A stretch of 62,211 nt of DNA, counting the filler, from Actinomycetota bacterium (GTDB taxonomy: Bacteria > Actinomycetota > Actinomycetes > JAKEEW01): NCBI GenBank assembly GCA_046725875.1. It is 5 parts of 5 records of this genome, joined end to end, with 100 filler letters (N's around TTAATTAATTAA, not from the genome) between each part and the next. Parts side by side here need not be neighbours in the genome. Positions count along the whole stretch, not along the records: positions 55,823 to 62,211 come from JBKOZJ010000122.1; 4 more parts are not named here. One strand, written 5' to 3'. The translations under genes were made by a program, and so were the position numbers. This document shows positions 59,474 to 62,211 of the stretch, one piece after another. Positions within the stretch are counted from its first letter, which is position 1; every line of letters begins with the position of its first letter. The notes beneath the pieces are model-generated. The model was not told the DNA's origin. It saw only the letters and a list, made by a program, of their open reading frames with translations, and searched no databases.

Positions 59474-61261
59474 TCAGCTCATGAAGGGCATGAGCTGCGC
59501 GGGCATGATGACGATGGGGCGCATCATGTCGCGGTCCTCGTGTTCGAGGATGTGGCAGTGGTACATGTAGCGGCCGCTGTAGGCCTCGAAGCGGATCGCA
59601 AGCTCGACGATCTCGTTGGGGTTGACGCGGACGGTGTCTTTGAGCCCTCGTTCGTTGGCGTCGATGACGTGGTCGAGTTCGTCGCCAGGGTCGCGGGCCA
59701 AGCGTACGGTCGCGGTCGTGCCGCGGTCACGGATCCCGTTGTCTGGGACGGTGACCGTGATCGGGCGGCGCGCGAGGACGTGAAACGGGTCAAGGTGGAT
59801 GTGGATCGGGTGGGTGTCTCTGGTGAGGTTCATCAGCTGCCACACCTCCCATCCGCCGAGCATCGGGAAGAACGTCGCGGCGTCCTCGAAGTGGACTGCG
59901 ACCGTGCGCAGGCGCGTAACGGCCTGGCCGCTGTTGTCGACGACGGTGATCAGGGGCGCATTGGGGCCGTCGCCGTCGGACGCAACGGCGAGCTCCCGCA
60001 TCGTGACCATGTTGGGCATGTCTTCGAGCTCCTGCTCGGCGAGCGCGACGGCACGCCGGACCGCGCCACTGAGGTCTGCCCGGGTGGGAGCGATGATGTC
60101 GGTGGCGAGACGCTCGGGCGGCGGCCGGCGCGACGGGTGGCCGGCGACCACGCGGAAGCGCATGACGTCCGGGTAGGCCAGGAGCTGGCCGGGGTCGGCG
60201 GCCTGAACGGCGCGCGCAGCCGGGAACGGCTGGCCGTCGAAGGGGGCGCCTGCGGTGTTGACAAGGGTGAGCTGGTTGCCTGCCTGGAGGTCGGAGAAGT
60301 CCACGAGCAGGTCGGCCCGCTCAGCGGAGGCGAGCACGAGCCCACCGGCGGGGACGGCAACCGGCGCCGGCAGCAGGCCGCTATCCGTTCCGATCTGGGT
60401 GATCCGGTCGAGTTCCGGTCTGCCATGGCGCAGGAGCACGAGCCGGAAGGTGCGGGCGTTGGATCCATTGATCACACGCAGCCGGTAGGTCGCGGGCTGT
60501 ACATCCAGGGCCGGCCACACCTTGCCATTGACGACCGTGAACGGCGCGAAGGCCTCCATCGTCGCCGGGTCGGTCTTGTGTACCAGCTCACCGGTGAGCC
60601 GCCCGTCGGCGGCCTGGCCGAAGTTGCGGTCCTGGAACAGCAGCGGCACCTCAAACGGAGGCCCCTCGGGAAGGCCGAGGTCACGCTCTCGCTGGTCCCG
60701 GATGATCCACAGGCCGGCCAGTCCCGCGTACACCGTCAGCTGGGTTACCCCCATGGCGTGGTCGTGGTACCACAGCAGCGCTGCTCGCTGGTCCATCGGG
60801 TAGTCGCTGACGGCGTGCTGGCCGGGCGCGAAGATGTTCTCCGTCCAGCCGTCGTAAGGAGCGGGAGTCAGGGCACCGTGCAGATGGACGACGGTGTAGC
60901 CGCTCAACGCGGCGGCCTTCGGGTCGGGCGTGCCGCCGCTCAGACCGGGCAGGCATTGGACCGGGACGCCGTCACCGTCGGTCTCGGTGGGGGCGAGCGT
61001 GCTAACGACCGGATACGGCCGCTCGATCTCGTTGCGCCAGTAGACCCTCACCGGCCGGCCGCGCTCGGCCTCGATCGTTGGCCCCGGAACCTGGCCGTCG
61101 TACGCCCATACCTGCGACTCGGGCAGGTCGCGGTGGAACCGGTGCGCCGCCGCGCGGATGCGCACGGTCAGATCACCGCCGTGCTTGCTGGCCAGGATGC
61201 GCCGCGGCAGCGGCAGCGCGTCGACGAAGGGCGTCAGTGCCGGCTGAAGCGGCGGCGTCAT
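59474..61261 (-). CDS. Three-domain multicopper oxidase (phenoxazinone synthase/CotA-like)
   Basis: HLHG, WYHDH, HPIHIH, HCHILEHED..MM copper ligands; no signal peptide seen. Confidence 0.93.
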   Translation of the reverse strand: MTPPLQPALTPFVDALPLPRRILASKHGGDLTVRIRAAAHRFHRDLPESQVWAYDGQVPGPTIEAERGRPVRVYWRNEIERPYPVVSTLAPTETDGDGVPVQCLPGLSGGTPDPKAAALSGYTVVHLHGALTPAPYDGWTENIFAPGQHAVSDYPMDQRAALLWYHDHAMGVTQLTVYAGLAGLWIIRDQRERDLGLPEGPPFEVPLLFQDRNFGQAADGRLTGELVHKTDPATMEAFAPFTVVNGKVWPALDVQPATYRLRVINGSNARTFRLVLLRHGRPELDRITQIGTDSGLLPAPVAVPAGGLVLASAERADLLVDFSDLQAGNQLTLVNTAGAPFDGQPFPAARAVQAADPGQLLAYPDVMRFRVVAGHPSRRPPPERLATDIIAPTRADLSGAVRRAVALAEQELEDMPNMVTMRELAVASDGDGPNAPLITVVDNSGQAVTRLRTVAVHFEDAATFFPMLGGWEVWQLMNLTRDTHPIHIHLDPFHVLARRPITVTVPDNGIRDRGTTATVRLARDPGDELDHVIDANERGLKDTVRVNPNEIVELAIRFEAYSGRYMYHCHILEHEDRDMMRPIVIMPAQLMPFMS

Positions 61262-61437
61262 GGTCCCTCGCCACCTCCTCGGGACGGGCCGATCCGTCAA
61301 ACCCCTCGAGCAGGCCTGCGCTCGTGATGGGCGCTGACGGATTGGCTCAAGGTAACAGGATCATCCTGCGGGGCACGATCGAGTGGGGGATCCCAAAGCT
61401 GCCCAGCAGGTAGCTGCTCCCCAGGAGAAGCCAACCG

Positions 61438-62211
61438 ATGACAGGCACCGAGATACCGCTGGACGGCGGCAACATGAGCGGCGGGGTCGTTCGCGTCGGC
61501 GACACCGTGCGCCGGCCGGCCGGACCGTGGACGCCCGCGGTGCATGCCCTGCTTGACCACCTCCACGGCGTTGGCTTCCACGGCGCCCCCCGCCCTCTAG
61601 GTATCGACGACCGCGGACGCGAGGTACTCACCTTCATCCCCGGCATCGTCGCTTGGCCTGACCACTTCCATCTGCTGCACCCAGACGACCGGCTACGCCA
61701 ACTGGCGCGTCTCATCCGTGACTTCCACGATGCTGTCGCGGGGTTCAGGCCACCAGCAGAGGCGCAATGGCAGACGCCCATCCCCGCCGACAAGGCCGAA
61801 CTCATCGCCCACCACGACCTGGCGCCGTGGAATCTCGTCATCAACGAAGACCAGTGGGCGTTCATCGACTGGGACCTCGCGGCTCCCGGCAGTCGGCTGT
61901 GGGACCTGGCATACGCCGTTCACGGATTCGTACCGTTGACCGCAAACAGCACCTACCAACGCAGCGACGCCAGCCACCGGTTACGCCTCATCGCAGACAG
62001 CTACGGACTCAGGGAACCACAGCGCCGGCAGATCATCCCGATGCTTGCCCGCCGTACCCGGGCGATGCATACCTTCCTCGACGACCAGGCCGCTCACGGC
62101 GGACAGCCTTGGGCACGGCTATGGCAGGAGGGCCACGGCGAGGCGTGGCAGGCCGACACCGACTACATCGCCCAGCGCGAACGCCAATGGCACGACGCAC
62201 TTCTCAAATGA
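61438..62211 (+). CDS. APH/choline-kinase-like phosphotransferase
   Basis: VVRVGDTVRR, HHDLAPWN (catalytic HxD..N), FIDWD; AGGAG RBS. Confidence 0.88.
   Translation: MTGTEIPLDGGNMSGGVVRVGDTVRRPAGPWTPAVHALLDHLHGVGFHGAPRPLGIDDRGREVLTFIPGIVAWPDHFHLLHPDDRLRQLARLIRDFHDAVAGFRPPAEAQWQTPIPADKAELIAHHDLAPWNLVINEDQWAFIDWDLAAPGSRLWDLAYAVHGFVPLTANSTYQRSDASHRLRLIADSYGLREPQRRQIIPMLARRTRAMHTFLDDQAAHGGQPWARLWQEGHGEAWQADTDYIAQRERQWHDALLK

Noticed and set aside
59012..61327. 771-aa plus-strand ORF (likewise 32265-34412, 11507-13378, 18760-20265, 5043-6350)
   Set aside because: Antisense shadows of well-supported genes, expected in high-GC DNA; no motifs
61438..62211. Aminoglycoside resistance gene
   Set aside because: Only generic APH-fold motifs; substrate cannot be inferred

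Overview
High-GC Actinomycetota DNA (mshB, actinobacterial infC-rpmI-rplT-trmH and fdxA-dapC loci). It consists of five contigs joined by artificial 100-nt spacers (N44-TTAATTAATTAA-N44): 1-24650, 24751-35582, 35683-49610, 49711-55722 and 55823-62211. The last 141 nt of contig 1 are the exact reverse complement of the last 141 nt of contig 2, so the two probably join. The join restores one class III CoA-transferase gene and links a MalT/BTAD STAND regulator, hydantoinase A/B, a Tat-dependent ABC importer and a uridine-kinase-like gene to CoA-transferase, carbamate kinase and a barbiturase/cyanuric-acid-hydrolase-family enzyme. Allantoinase and allantoicase lie about 5 kb further on. This is the best candidate for an undescribed cyclic-amide/nucleobase catabolic system. 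Contig 3 is mostly core genome (mshB, cysS-like, fdxA, dapC/D/E, LOG). Contig 4 is a decaying accessory region with IS6 ends and a MITE-like derivative, a BlaI repressor with twin operators, and gene relics. Contig 5 carries an SAH riboswitch-ahcY unit, a multicopper oxidase and a phosphotransferase. Smaller signals: probable non-canonical starts (infC ATC, dapC CTG), unannotated micro-ORFs and a short palindromic repeat array. No CRISPR, rRNA or tRNA seen. All family calls come from motif recognition by eye, not database searches.
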